From assembly GCF_036323395.1 (NCBI RefSeq), contig NZ_AP028907.1, positions 1,530,001-1,562,000 of the forward strand: 32,000 nucleotides of DNA, given 5' to 3'. A program made the position numbers and the translations under genes. A model generated the notes under the pieces. It was not told the origin of the DNA. It did not search any database and saw only the letters and a program-made list of their open reading frames with translations. The number at the start of each line of letters is the position of its first letter. Within the stretch, counting starts at the first letter, position 1. This DNA is from Pyrodictium abyssi (GTDB lineage: Archaea; Thermoproteota; Thermoprotei_A; Sulfolobales; Pyrodictiaceae). This document shows positions 1 through 8,195 of this stretch, piece after piece.

Positions 1-645
1 CACGACGACAGCTGTAGTGGCTATATCGAGGCTCGGTAGAACGGTCTTTACGTCAACTGCATGGTGGCTTGGAAGCTTAGCAGGATTCGGGACAATGGCG
101 TTGACAGGGCCGCGCTTCACTTCCTTAGGGTCTGATGCGCGGCGTACTATGGTTGCCCTAACCTTCTTTATTTTAGCTATCTTAGATAGGGCACATATGC
201 TCCTTAGGAGGCCAGTAGTATTGCATGAGACTACGCGCACGCTTTTCTTGCCTAGTGCCTCCTCGTAGTTGCAGAACGTGTTGAAGGATACTTCGGCTAC
301 TTCTGGCTTCTCACCGCCCTGGAATATGGCTTTCACGCCAAAGCGCTCATATACATGCTTATACTCCTTTCCAACACCGCCGGGTGTTGCGTCTACTACG
401 ACATCTACCTTCTCGAGAAGGTCTTCGAGAGACCCCTCTACCGGTATGCCCTTCTCCCTGAAGGCGTCTAGCCGGTCGCTTGGCGCGTATAGGGGTATGC
501 CGCTGGATACCGCGTACTTAGCTACGTAGTCCGGTTTGGTCTTCACTACACCGGCCAGCTCCATGTCGGGTTGCTTCGATATGGCTTCGGCTACGCGCTT
601 GCCTATTGTGCCAAACCCGTTTACAGCAACACGAATACGAGCCAC
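1..645 (-). CDS. gap: Glyceraldehyde-3-phosphate dehydrogenase, archaeal type (N-terminal 215 codons; C-terminus lies beyond the window start)
   Basis: Hand translation of the minus strand from GTG at 645-643 gives (M)ARIRVAVNGFGTIGKRVAEAISKQPDMELAGVVKTKPDY...VRVVSCNTTGLLRSICAL...PNPAKLPSHHAVDVKTVLPSLDIATTAVVV. It has the NAD-binding GFGTIGKR motif and the catalytic SCNTT motif. The frame stays open to base 1. A GAGGTG Shine-Dalgarno (plus-strand cacctc, 653-658) sits 7 nt upstream of the GTG. It is absent from the ORF track because no stop codon lies in the window. Confidence 0.9.
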   Translation of the reverse strand, partial: MARIRVAVNGFGTIGKRVAEAISKQPDMELAGVVKTKPDYVAKYAVSSGIPLYAPSDRLDAFREKGIPVEGSLEDLLEKVDVVVDATPGGVGKEYKHVYERFGVKAIFQGGEKPEVAEVSFNTFCNYEEALGKKSVRVVSCNTTGLLRSICALSKIAKIKKVRATIVRRASDPKEVKRGPVNAIVPNPAKLPSHHAVDVKTVLPSLDIATTAVVV

Positions 646-758
646 GATGCAGCACCTCATGAGCCGTGTCTCACAGCTGGTTCGGGGAATGCATACTCGA
701 GTACGGGGCGCTGGGCCCAGGTAACAGAGCCTAGGGGAGTGTGAGATAAAGAAGAGCC

Positions 759-2027
759 CTAGCCTGTTAGTTGGCTGAAGAACTTCTCAGCGGACTTGGC
801 TAACGCGGTTAGGCCGGGTAGGTCCTCGCCAGCAAGGAACAGCAGAAGCGCTCCGCCGCCGGTGCTTATGTGAAGGTTAGGCCTTCCAGCTAGTCCTAGC
901 TCGGCTATGATGCTGTTGAGGTGGCCGCCTCCGACTATTACGTAGGCGTTGCTCTCTATAGCAGCGCGTACAAGCTCCCTACTCCCCTCGCGGAATCGTG
1001 GATCTTCTATAACGCCAGCAGGCCCCCTCATAACTATCAGTCGTGCCTCCTTCATTATCTCTGTGTACATCTTCACTGTCTGAGGGCCGATGTCCTTAAT
1101 GACGCCCTTTATGTGGCCGATTGTTTCGACCTCTATGTGGTCGTCTACAAGGGTTCGGAAGTCTACAGGGGTCTCTATGGGGAGTCCTCGTAGTAGCAGG
1201 CGTCTGGCACGCGGTAGGAGGGACAACAAGCCCTTAGCCTCTAGTACCCGGAGATTCGCCTCGCCGATATTGATGCCCTTCGCCACCATGAACAGTTCTG
1301 CGACAAGGCCTGTAGCGAGTATCCTGTCCACAGCACCATTGCTGTGGAGGTGCTCTAATATACGTAGCGTGTCGTGAACCTTTCCACCGCCTAGTACAAA
1401 CACACGTGGCCTCTCCTCGGGGTTGTATAGCTTGGATAGCGCGGTTAGCTCCCTCTCCATGACGCGGCCGGCTGCCGAGGGTAGCCTCATGGGGAATCCT
1501 ACTATGCTGGGCTGGCTCCTATGCGCTGTAGCAAAAGCGTCGTTCACGTAGTAGTTGAATAGAGGTGCTAGCCTCGTAACAAATATGCTCTCGGCGTGCT
1601 TCTCCGGAGTCGCCTCAATGATCTCCTCGGAGACCAAACGCGTATTGTCTAGGAGCAGGACCTCGCCAGGCTGGAGGCTCTTTATAGCCTCGCGGGCTGC
1701 CGGCCCTATAACGTCGTCGATAAAGCGTACCGGTAGACCTGTATGCTTCTCTAAGAGTTCAGCATGCTTACCTAGGCTTACGAAGTCGCTGTCGCCGGGC
1801 CTTCCCTGATGCGACATAGCTACAACAGCAGCGCCCCGCTCCACAAGCTCGCGTACCGTCACAGCATGGGCACGTATCCGGCTATCGTCTAAGATATCCT
1901 TGGTCTCTGGGTCTATAGGACTGTTAATGTCTATCCTTAGCAGTATCTTGGAGCCCTTAATACCAAAATACTTGTCAATATCGTCGATGGTTGGTATGAG
2001 GTGCTTGTTGCGTAAGCTGCACGGCAA
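759..2027 (-). CDS. pgk: Phosphoglycerate kinase
   Basis: 422-aa ORF with PTIDDIDKYFGIKGSKILLRIDINSPID, MSHQGRPG, AFATAHR and STGGGALL motifs typical of PGK. It lies directly upstream of gap on the same strand, the classic archaeal pgk-gap pair. The only in-frame start near the N-terminus is TTG at 2027. Confidence 0.95.
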   Translation of the reverse strand: MPCSLRNKHLIPTIDDIDKYFGIKGSKILLRIDINSPIDPETKDILDDSRIRAHAVTVRELVERGAAVVAMSHQGRPGDSDFVSLGKHAELLEKHTGLPVRFIDDVIGPAAREAIKSLQPGEVLLLDNTRLVSEEIIEATPEKHAESIFVTRLAPLFNYYVNDAFATAHRSQPSIVGFPMRLPSAAGRVMERELTALSKLYNPEERPRVFVLGGGKVHDTLRILEHLHSNGAVDRILATGLVAELFMVAKGINIGEANLRVLEAKGLLSLLPRARRLLLRGLPIETPVDFRTLVDDHIEVETIGHIKGVIKDIGPQTVKMYTEIMKEARLIVMRGPAGVIEDPRFREGSRELVRAAIESNAYVIVGGGHLNSIIAELGLAGRPNLHISTGGGALLLFLAGEDLPGLTALAKSAEKFFSQLTG

Positions 2028-2179
2028 TAAGACTCCCGGGTGCTAGGACGCACTACTGGGGGCGGAAGGTAATAAGGGAAAATGCTCAGACACCTAGCAA
2101 ACCAGGGCGCTGAGGAAATACCCCGGGATCGAGCCGAGGAGCTGCAACTGGTGACGAAGTGGTCCTTCGCCGAGCCCCA

Positions 2180-4864
2180 CTACTTCCCGCCTACAGCAGT
2201 TACTGTATCGCTGCCAGACTGTTTTATCCGCTCGGCTAGCAGTGTCATAACCCGGTTGTGGAGCTCTACTAGCATCTTCTTACGGTCCTCCATGAGCACT
2301 ATGTCGCTGTAGCCGCGCACCACTATGTGGTGGGCGAACGGGCTCGGGACGCTGGTTGGGCCGAAGAAGCTTACCTCGACGTCGCCATCGTGTATCCACT
2401 TTAACACTAGCTTCGCGTTCTCTATGTCCATGTAGTCTTCTAGTATCTCGCGGTAGGCCTCCCGGAGCAGGGGGAAGCCGGGTATACGCTTAACAGCCTC
2501 AAGCAGTGTTTGAGCGTTTAGCTGGAGTGTATGGGGGTCGCGTGTGCGGCTACGGTAGCGGCGCAGGAGCATAAAGCCCCGCTCGGCACAGTGCCTGAAC
2601 CGTCTCTTCAGTAGCTCTGTGTTCCGGAGGACGCTTCTGAGTATACTCTCTATATTGTCGGGCTTAACGCTGTAGACTAGCTGCCTTAGGTCTATGCCAT
2701 CTCGTATTCCTGGCACTGTGAGCATGAATGCGTTATCGGTAACAGTGACTCGGACGTTCGAGCCTATCATGGATGATAGCCTGTACGCGTAAGCCCTGGA
2801 GAGCGCGTCGTTAACCCTTCTACCGAATAGTGTATGGAATATCACTGATGTTGTCTCCTCTTCGTAGTCGTGGTATAGCTCCACGAGTATGAGCTTATCG
2901 CTTGGCACGAGACCGTCGGTGAACAGGTACTGTTCGAGAACATAATCGTATATGTTTTCGGCTGCATGTACTTCGAGGTTGTAGTTGGAGGCTATGAGCT
3001 CCACAGCCTTGCTTCTCGGCAGGCCCTGGCGTATCATGTCTGCTATCCATCGGCGGAAGGCGCCTACGAGTAGGGCGGAGTCGAATGCTAGTGGTAGCAT
3101 CTCGGAGAACCAGCTTGGCACAGTCGGTCTCTGGCCCTCGGCGGGCTTTACGTATACCCTCATGCCCTCGGAGCGTATGAACTCGTAGGTGCGGCCACCC
3201 AGTACGAAGATGTCTCCGGGGCCTAGTATCTGTACAAACGCCTCTTCGAGGTCTCCTACATATCTGCCGTCCAGTGTGTATACACGTATCTTAACCTCGT
3301 CCGGTATAGTGCCGCTGTTCAGGTAGTATATCATGCGCGATCCACGGCGCCTACCGAACACGCCTTCTTCCTCGTCAAGCCATATCTTTGCGTAGACCTT
3401 GTGCTCCTCTAGGCCGTACTTTCCTGCCAAGAACCGGAGCACTGCCATAAAGTCCTCAAAGGAGAGTGTATGGAAGGTGTAGCTCCTCTTAACCAGCCGG
3501 TAAGCCTCATCTATGCTCCACTTCTTCTCAATAGCCATCCCGACTATGTGCTGAGCTAATACGTCGAGAGGGTTGCGTGGTATATGCACACGGTCTATCT
3601 TCCTCTCCATCCCAGCTTTAGCGAGCACCGTGCATTCGACGAGGTCGTCTCGGTCAACGACTATGATGCGGCCCTTACTAACCTGGCGTATATGGTGTCC
3701 GGCCCGCCCTATCCTCTGCAGCATACGTGAAACGCTCTTAGGACTACTCAGTAGTACCACCAGGTCTATATAGCCTATGTCTATGCCGAGCTCGAGGCTG
3801 GTAGATGATACAACTACTTTGAGTTCGCCCTTCTTGAGCTTCTCCTCCACAGAGAGCCTTACATCGCGGCTAAGGCTGCTATGATGTGCCTCTATCTCAT
3901 CCATGTCGGCTATGCCTTCCTCCTTGAGTATCTTCTTAAGCTTATACACGACTCTCTCAGTGGCGCTACGCGTGTTAGTAAATATCAATGTAGTACGGTG
4001 CTCGCGTATCAGCTTCGCTAAGAGGCGGTAAATAGCCTCATTGACGACCTCAGCTGGAGTATGTATCAGGTCCTTCACCGGGCACAAGACCCTAATGTCT
4101 ATGGGCTTTGCAAACCTCGCGTCGACTATCATGCAGTTACGTGGCTCGCCAGTATCCTGGTATCCCACAAGGAACTTGGCGACCTCTTCAAGCGGTGCTA
4201 TCGTCGCCGAGAGTCCTATGCGCTGAAGCTTGCCTCCAGTAGCGTAGTCTAGCCTCTCAATCGACAGACTTAGATGGGAGCCCCTCTTGCTAGAGGCTAG
4301 CTCGTGAATCTCGTCAACTATTATCCACCTTGTGGTGCTAAGCCTCTCGCGGAACTTAGGCGCAGCAAGCGCTATGGCAAGGCTCTCCGGCGTCGTTATC
4401 AGGATATGCGGCGGGCTACGCGTCATCTTCTGCTTCTCTGAAGGCGGTGTATCACTGGTGCGAACGGCTACTCTGATCTCGGGGAGATCGATCCCCATCT
4501 CTTCTGCTGTCTTCCTTATGCCCTCAAGGGGCTGTAGGAGATTACGCCACATGTCATTGTTGAGTGCACGGAGTGGCGACACGTACACTACATAGATCTG
4601 GTTCTCAAGCCTTCCCTCCTCCGCTAGCTTATAGAGCTCGTCTATTATGCCAAGGAATACTGCCAGTGTCTTGCCAGTCCCGGTGGGCGAGGAGACGAGA
4701 ACATTATAGCCCTTCTTTATCAGTGGTATAGCGCACCGCTGTGGAACGGTAAAACTGCCATACCTTCTACGGAACCATTCTGCGACATAGGGTCGTAGCA
4801 GCCGGTACACCTCGTCATCGCTTGGACAGTTATTGACGCGCGTTATTGTCAACCCGTGTAACAC
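2180..4864 (-). CDS. Lhr-type (large helicase-related) DEAD/DEAH-box ATP-dependent helicase
   Basis: 894 aa. It has Walker A SSPTGTGKT, a DEIH box (IIVDEIHEL), SAT (LSATI), motif VI QRIGRAGH, and a long C-terminal Lhr/DUF1998-like extension. The longest-ORF start is GTG. Confidence 0.9.
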   Translation of the reverse strand: MLHGLTITRVNNCPSDDEVYRLLRPYVAEWFRRRYGSFTVPQRCAIPLIKKGYNVLVSSPTGTGKTLAVFLGIIDELYKLAEEGRLENQIYVVYVSPLRALNNDMWRNLLQPLEGIRKTAEEMGIDLPEIRVAVRTSDTPPSEKQKMTRSPPHILITTPESLAIALAAPKFRERLSTTRWIIVDEIHELASSKRGSHLSLSIERLDYATGGKLQRIGLSATIAPLEEVAKFLVGYQDTGEPRNCMIVDARFAKPIDIRVLCPVKDLIHTPAEVVNEAIYRLLAKLIREHRTTLIFTNTRSATERVVYKLKKILKEEGIADMDEIEAHHSSLSRDVRLSVEEKLKKGELKVVVSSTSLELGIDIGYIDLVVLLSSPKSVSRMLQRIGRAGHHIRQVSKGRIIVVDRDDLVECTVLAKAGMERKIDRVHIPRNPLDVLAQHIVGMAIEKKWSIDEAYRLVKRSYTFHTLSFEDFMAVLRFLAGKYGLEEHKVYAKIWLDEEEGVFGRRRGSRMIYYLNSGTIPDEVKIRVYTLDGRYVGDLEEAFVQILGPGDIFVLGGRTYEFIRSEGMRVYVKPAEGQRPTVPSWFSEMLPLAFDSALLVGAFRRWIADMIRQGLPRSKAVELIASNYNLEVHAAENIYDYVLEQYLFTDGLVPSDKLILVELYHDYEEETTSVIFHTLFGRRVNDALSRAYAYRLSSMIGSNVRVTVTDNAFMLTVPGIRDGIDLRQLVYSVKPDNIESILRSVLRNTELLKRRFRHCAERGFMLLRRYRSRTRDPHTLQLNAQTLLEAVKRIPGFPLLREAYREILEDYMDIENAKLVLKWIHDGDVEVSFFGPTSVPSPFAHHIVVRGYSDIVLMEDRKKMLVELHNRVMTLLAERIKQSGSDTVTAVGGK

Positions 4865-4900
4865 CCTCTCTCCACTCAGCGGCCTTTACCCTCCTAGCCA

Positions 4901-4920
4901 GTGTAGTACCGGTGTAGTAC
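4901..4920. promoter_or_regulatory. Tandem direct repeat GTGTAGTAC-cg-GTGTAGTAC (11-bp register) in the divergent lhr / RHH promoter region; candidate operator
   Basis: Read directly: 4901-4909 and 4912-4920 are identical 9-mers separated by 2 nt. They sit about 11 nt upstream of an AT-rich TATA-like element. Confidence 0.4.
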
Positions 4921-4930
4921 ACCCCTAGGG

Positions 4931-4939
4931 CTTAATTTT
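4931..4939 (+). promoter_or_regulatory. TATA-like element (CTTAATTTT) for the RHH operon
   Basis: This is the only AT-rich block in the 117-nt divergent intergenic region. It lies 43-58 nt upstream of the candidate starts TTG 4982 and GTG 4997. Confidence 0.4.
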
Positions 4940-4981
4940 GAAGCCGTATACCCCCTCTAAGCATACGGTCCGGGGGATAAG

Positions 4982-5185
4982 TTGCCTCAGACAATCATAG
5001 TGACGTTTAAAGCGCCCGCAGAACTTGTTGAAAGGCTAGACGAGCTAGTCCGTACAGGAGTGTTCAGAAACCGCAGCGAAGCATTACGCCACGCGCTCGT
5101 CATACTAATAAACCGGTACAGGGGTGAAGAGTTTGCCAGCGAGGCTCTCCGAGGAGGAAATAAAGACGCTCTACAAGTTACGTGA
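4982..5185 (+). CDS. Ribbon-helix-helix (CopG/Arc/MetJ-like) DNA-binding protein
   Basis: 67 aa. The pattern [40 protein letters not shown] matches an RHH layout: a beta strand, helix A, then the G-x-x-x-(S/N)RSEAxR start of helix B. The start is TTG 4982 or GTG 4997. Confidence 0.6.
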   Translation: MPQTIIVTFKAPAELVERLDELVRTGVFRNRSEALRHALVILINRYRGEEFASEALRGGNKDALQVT

Positions 5186-5450
5186 GATAATAGTGAAGTT
5201 CAACTCCGACGAGTTGAAAGTGTTCAGCTATGTGTGGGATAACATATCTGTTGGCGAGATACTGTTTGAGCGAGATCTGAACCAGATACATGGCGTCAAT
5301 AAGCCTATTCTTGCGGCAGCGTCGCTTAGAGAGAAGGGAGTTATAGAGCGTGGAGAAGGCTGCTACAACCTAGCACGCTGGCTGCGCCCCCTGCGGAAAA
5401 AGATAGGCAGTTTCCAGGACCTCCGCCTCCTGCTAGACAAGCTCCCTTAG
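5124..5450 (+). CDS. Small hypothetical protein, probably winged-helix DNA-binding
   Basis: 108-aa ORF. The C-terminal part ([26 protein letters not shown]) resembles a recognition helix plus wing. The longest form overlaps the RHH gene by 62 nt in another frame. An in-frame GTG at 5193, 8 nt after the RHH stop, is an alternative start. Confidence 0.4.
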   Translation: MKSLPARLSEEEIKTLYKLREIIVKFNSDELKVFSYVWDNISVGEILFERDLNQIHGVNKPILAAASLREKGVIERGEGCYNLARWLRPLRKKIGSFQDLRLLLDKLP

Positions 5451-5497
5451 ACACTGCGGAGCCCGGGCTCAATGCAAGGCAGCGTCTATGAAAAGCC

Positions 5498-6163
5498 GTG
5501 CATAGGATAGTTACAGCACCGGCAGGGGTGCGTCTCGTGGCTATTGTAGGCGAGCTTTACAGGATTAAGCAGCGGGACTTCAGCGAAAAACTGCGGGAGA
5601 TGACAGACCCGCGTATAATCTACGTAACAGATCTTGTCTCTTGTAGCTATAAGCGCAGTATGAGGCTGGCTTTTCCCCTGATGAGTTTCCGCTTCGAGCC
5701 ACCCCTAGTCCTCGGCGATCTAGTGCATGCTGGCTTGGGCTCCCTCCTCTCGGAACATGGATGGGAGACGGAGGTACCTGTGGAGGAGAAGTATAGTATC
5801 GACGGAGAGGAGTACATACTCAAAGGACGTATAGACCTATTGAAGCGCGGCGAGGATGGAAAACCGGAGACGATAGTAGAGGTGAAGACGTCGCGCGAGC
5901 TGCCAGAGAATAGCCCACGCGAACACCATGCCATGCAGCTACGAATATACATGCAGCTAACGGGTGCTAGCCGCGGGTACCTACTATATGTTACGCCGGA
6001 GAGGCTCGTGGAATTCGAGATAGAGCCGTCCAGCATAAATATAGAGAATCTGATAAGAGAGACAGTCTACAACCTCCAGGCGCCGCGCTATGACTGGGAG
6101 TGCAGGTACTGTAACTACCGAAAAATATGCCCCTATGCTAGAACGGGTAAACGCATGGCATAG
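5498..6163 (+). CDS. Cas4-family PD-(D/E)xK exonuclease with a 4-Cys cluster (stand-alone, no CRISPR/cas neighbours)
   Basis: 221 aa. It has an N-terminal Cys (VTDLVSCSYKR), GDLVHAG, the nuclease motifs GRIDLL and IVEVKTS (D...ExK), QLRIYMQL (QxxxY), and the C-terminal CRYCNYRKIC (CxxCx5C). This is the canonical Cas4/DUF83 motif order. Confidence 0.75.
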   Translation: MHRIVTAPAGVRLVAIVGELYRIKQRDFSEKLREMTDPRIIYVTDLVSCSYKRSMRLAFPLMSFRFEPPLVLGDLVHAGLGSLLSEHGWETEVPVEEKYSIDGEEYILKGRIDLLKRGEDGKPETIVEVKTSRELPENSPREHHAMQLRIYMQLTGASRGYLLYVTPERLVEFEIEPSSINIENLIRETVYNLQAPRYDWECRYCNYRKICPYARTGKRMA

Positions 6164-6194
6164 CTTGGACAGTGTATAGCAGCGGTGCAGGTAC

Positions 6195-6926
6195 ATGCCC
6201 CTTCTTAGGCTTAAAGGAGACCTACATATGCACAGTACATTCAGTGATGGCCGGAACAGCCCCGAAGAAATACTACTAGCAGCCGTAGAGAAAGACCTCG
6301 ACGTGATATCGATAACAGACCATGACACTTTCTCCGGGGCGCTTAGAGCACTAAAATCGGCTAAGAGCATGCAGCTCGATCTAGTTGTAATCGTGGGCGC
6401 CGAGATACGCACAACGGCAGGAGACATACTGGTGTACTGCAGCGATTCTCCACCTGACGCGGTTCCACGCGACCCGTTCGAGCTAGCTGACGCGGCACAT
6501 GAGCACGGCTGCATAGTTGTTCCAGCACATCCATTCGATGCCAGGAGAAAAGGTATCGGCAAACTAGTATACGACGGCCAATGGGACGCGATAGAGGTAT
6601 ACAATGCCTATAGCGATCCCTTCTCGAACCACAAGGCAGAGCAGGCAGCGCGGGAGCTAGGCATACCCGGTATAGCTAATAGTGATGCACACGTTGCCAG
6701 TGCCATCGGCTCCGCCTACAATATAATAGAAGTTGGCGACAGGAACGCGGATAGCGTAATAGATGCAATCAAAACTGGTAGGGTGAGGCCGGTCTACGGT
6801 AGGCCAAGCTTCTCAGCAATAGCCTCGACTCTTGCATGGAGCATAGAGCGTAGGATAAAGAGGAGGCGCGGGCCGAGCCGGCTAGACTACATAGATGACG
6901 AGGACTACGGAGCGTACACGTTCTAG
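6195..6926 (+). CDS. PHP-domain metal-dependent phosphoesterase (TrpH/YciV-like)
   Basis: 243 aa. It has LKGDLHMHSTFSDG (HxH motif), ISITDHDT, GAEI, VPAHPF and NSDAH, which together make up the PHP metal-ligand set. Confidence 0.8.
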   Translation: MPLLRLKGDLHMHSTFSDGRNSPEEILLAAVEKDLDVISITDHDTFSGALRALKSAKSMQLDLVVIVGAEIRTTAGDILVYCSDSPPDAVPRDPFELADAAHEHGCIVVPAHPFDARRKGIGKLVYDGQWDAIEVYNAYSDPFSNHKAEQAARELGIPGIANSDAHVASAIGSAYNIIEVGDRNADSVIDAIKTGRVRPVYGRPSFSAIASTLAWSIERRIKRRRGPSRLDYIDDEDYGAYTF

Positions 6927-8062
6927 AACTCTGGTGGCTCAACATAGTCAAGTACTCTGTCCCGCGCCTTCTCGAGCCTCCTCTGATGCTCCTCAAGGAA
7001 CTTCGCAAGCAGCTCTGCAGCATACTGCTTGTCGGGCCCACACAGTAGGCGTCCTTCCTTACACTCACTGTATATCCTAGCTAGCTCTCTATCGTCCTGC
7101 AGGAGATGGTACACGTAGAACTCGTATATGGTGCAGTTCTCGGGTACTCCGCCTAGCCTACGCTGCTCTTCGACAGTGGCTCTTCCACCTGTTAGTGCGC
7201 GTTTGAGTTTACGCACGGCGACATCCACGGGGTCTGATAGGAATATGGTGTAGTCTGGCCTTGAGCTGCTCATCTTGTTCCCGTCGAGGCCAGTCTGGAA
7301 CCGGTGATACGTCGATGCTGGACGCCTCAGCCCTAGCTCGTTCTCAAACCTATCCGCTATGTCCCTTGTGAACCTTATGTGCGGATCCTGGTCAGCTCCA
7401 ACCGGGACTACCACGTACTTGAACCCGCCAAAGTACTCTAGCTGTGGATGCAGTATATCGGCCGCCTGCGTCAATGCTGCTACTACCTTCCCTGGCTCCA
7501 GGTCCCCGTAGATTGCCTCCATCTCGGCCATGGTTATCTTCCGTGAGAACATCTGGATTAGCCGATAGTATGGCTTCTCGTAGTTCGTCTGGAAGTATAT
7601 GTGCGTATGCTTGTTCTTTTCGAGGCCTAGGGCTATGAGGTTAGCTACGTACTCGTATAGGCCTATCTCTATTACCTTCTTCCGGTCTAGTTTCCTGACA
7701 GCGTACGCCTCGGCGTCGGCTATCACAATGAATATCTCGAAGCCCAGTTTCTGGTAGTATATTATCTGGTCTGCGACCATCTTGTGTCCGAAGTGGAACT
7801 TGCCGCTCGGCATAAACCCGGTTACAAGGGCTACACGTTCTCCGGACTTGTACGCCTCTAGTATCTTGTCGTAGTCTCTATGCCCGAAGATGACGCCGCG
7901 CCGCATAAGGTGTAGAGGATCGCCAAATACCTGGCTAACACGTGGTAGAACCTCCTGGAAGGGCTTTATACCGAAGTAGCGGAACAGCTTATCATACTCT
8001 AGCTTGACTGCCGACGCCCAAGGGTCTAGCCTTACTGGCTTCTCCTCCACAATAACTCCCAC
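6923..8062 (-). CDS. trpS: Tryptophanyl-tRNA synthetase
   Basis: 379 aa class I aaRS. It has a HIGH-like FHFGH, KMSSS, and the N-terminal DPW...YDKLFRYFGI typical of archaeal TrpRS. The start is GTG at 8062. Its stop overlaps the PHP gene stop in the palindrome CTAG. Confidence 0.9.
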   Translation of the reverse strand: MGVIVEEKPVRLDPWASAVKLEYDKLFRYFGIKPFQEVLPRVSQVFGDPLHLMRRGVIFGHRDYDKILEAYKSGERVALVTGFMPSGKFHFGHKMVADQIIYYQKLGFEIFIVIADAEAYAVRKLDRKKVIEIGLYEYVANLIALGLEKNKHTHIYFQTNYEKPYYRLIQMFSRKITMAEMEAIYGDLEPGKVVAALTQAADILHPQLEYFGGFKYVVVPVGADQDPHIRFTRDIADRFENELGLRRPASTYHRFQTGLDGNKMSSSRPDYTIFLSDPVDVAVRKLKRALTGGRATVEEQRRLGGVPENCTIYEFYVYHLLQDDRELARIYSECKEGRLLCGPDKQYAAELLAKFLEEHQRRLEKARDRVLDYVEPPEF

Positions 8063-8195
8063 CCAGGCCCTGCATCAACTGGTAATGCTCCAGCGGCAAA
8101 TCGCATATAGAGTCTTTACTATTAAGCGTGATGCTGGTTCTCTGGGACGGCTACGGGCTGTAGGTGTGCAGGTACCGGGGAACGGTGGCTGAGTT

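Noticed and set aside
17-724. Three plus-strand ORFs (17-268, 269-529, 536-724) at the window start
   Set aside because: Their translations are Ser/Thr/Arg/Pro-rich and not protein-like. The opposite strand encodes an unmistakable archaeal GAPDH in one continuous frame, so they are antisense shadows.
921-4595. Many 60-110-aa plus-strand ORFs inside pgk and the Lhr helicase gene
   Set aside because: All lie antisense to long, well-supported genes and have low-complexity Ser/Arg/Cys-rich translations. They are typical shadow ORFs.
5647-6604. Minus-strand ORFs 5647-6036 and 5984-6604 overlapping the Cas4-like and PHP genes
   Set aside because: They are antisense to genes with clear catalytic motifs, and their Ser/Arg/Cys-rich composition matches no family.
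6923-6926. Convergent gene pairs whose stop codons overlap in the palindrome CTAG (PHP/trpS at 6923-6926; RFAP synthase/tmcA at 11743-11746)
   Set aside because: The overlap is real and read directly, but it is a trivial result of genome compaction, since TAG on both strands shares CTAG. There is no evidence of a functional element.
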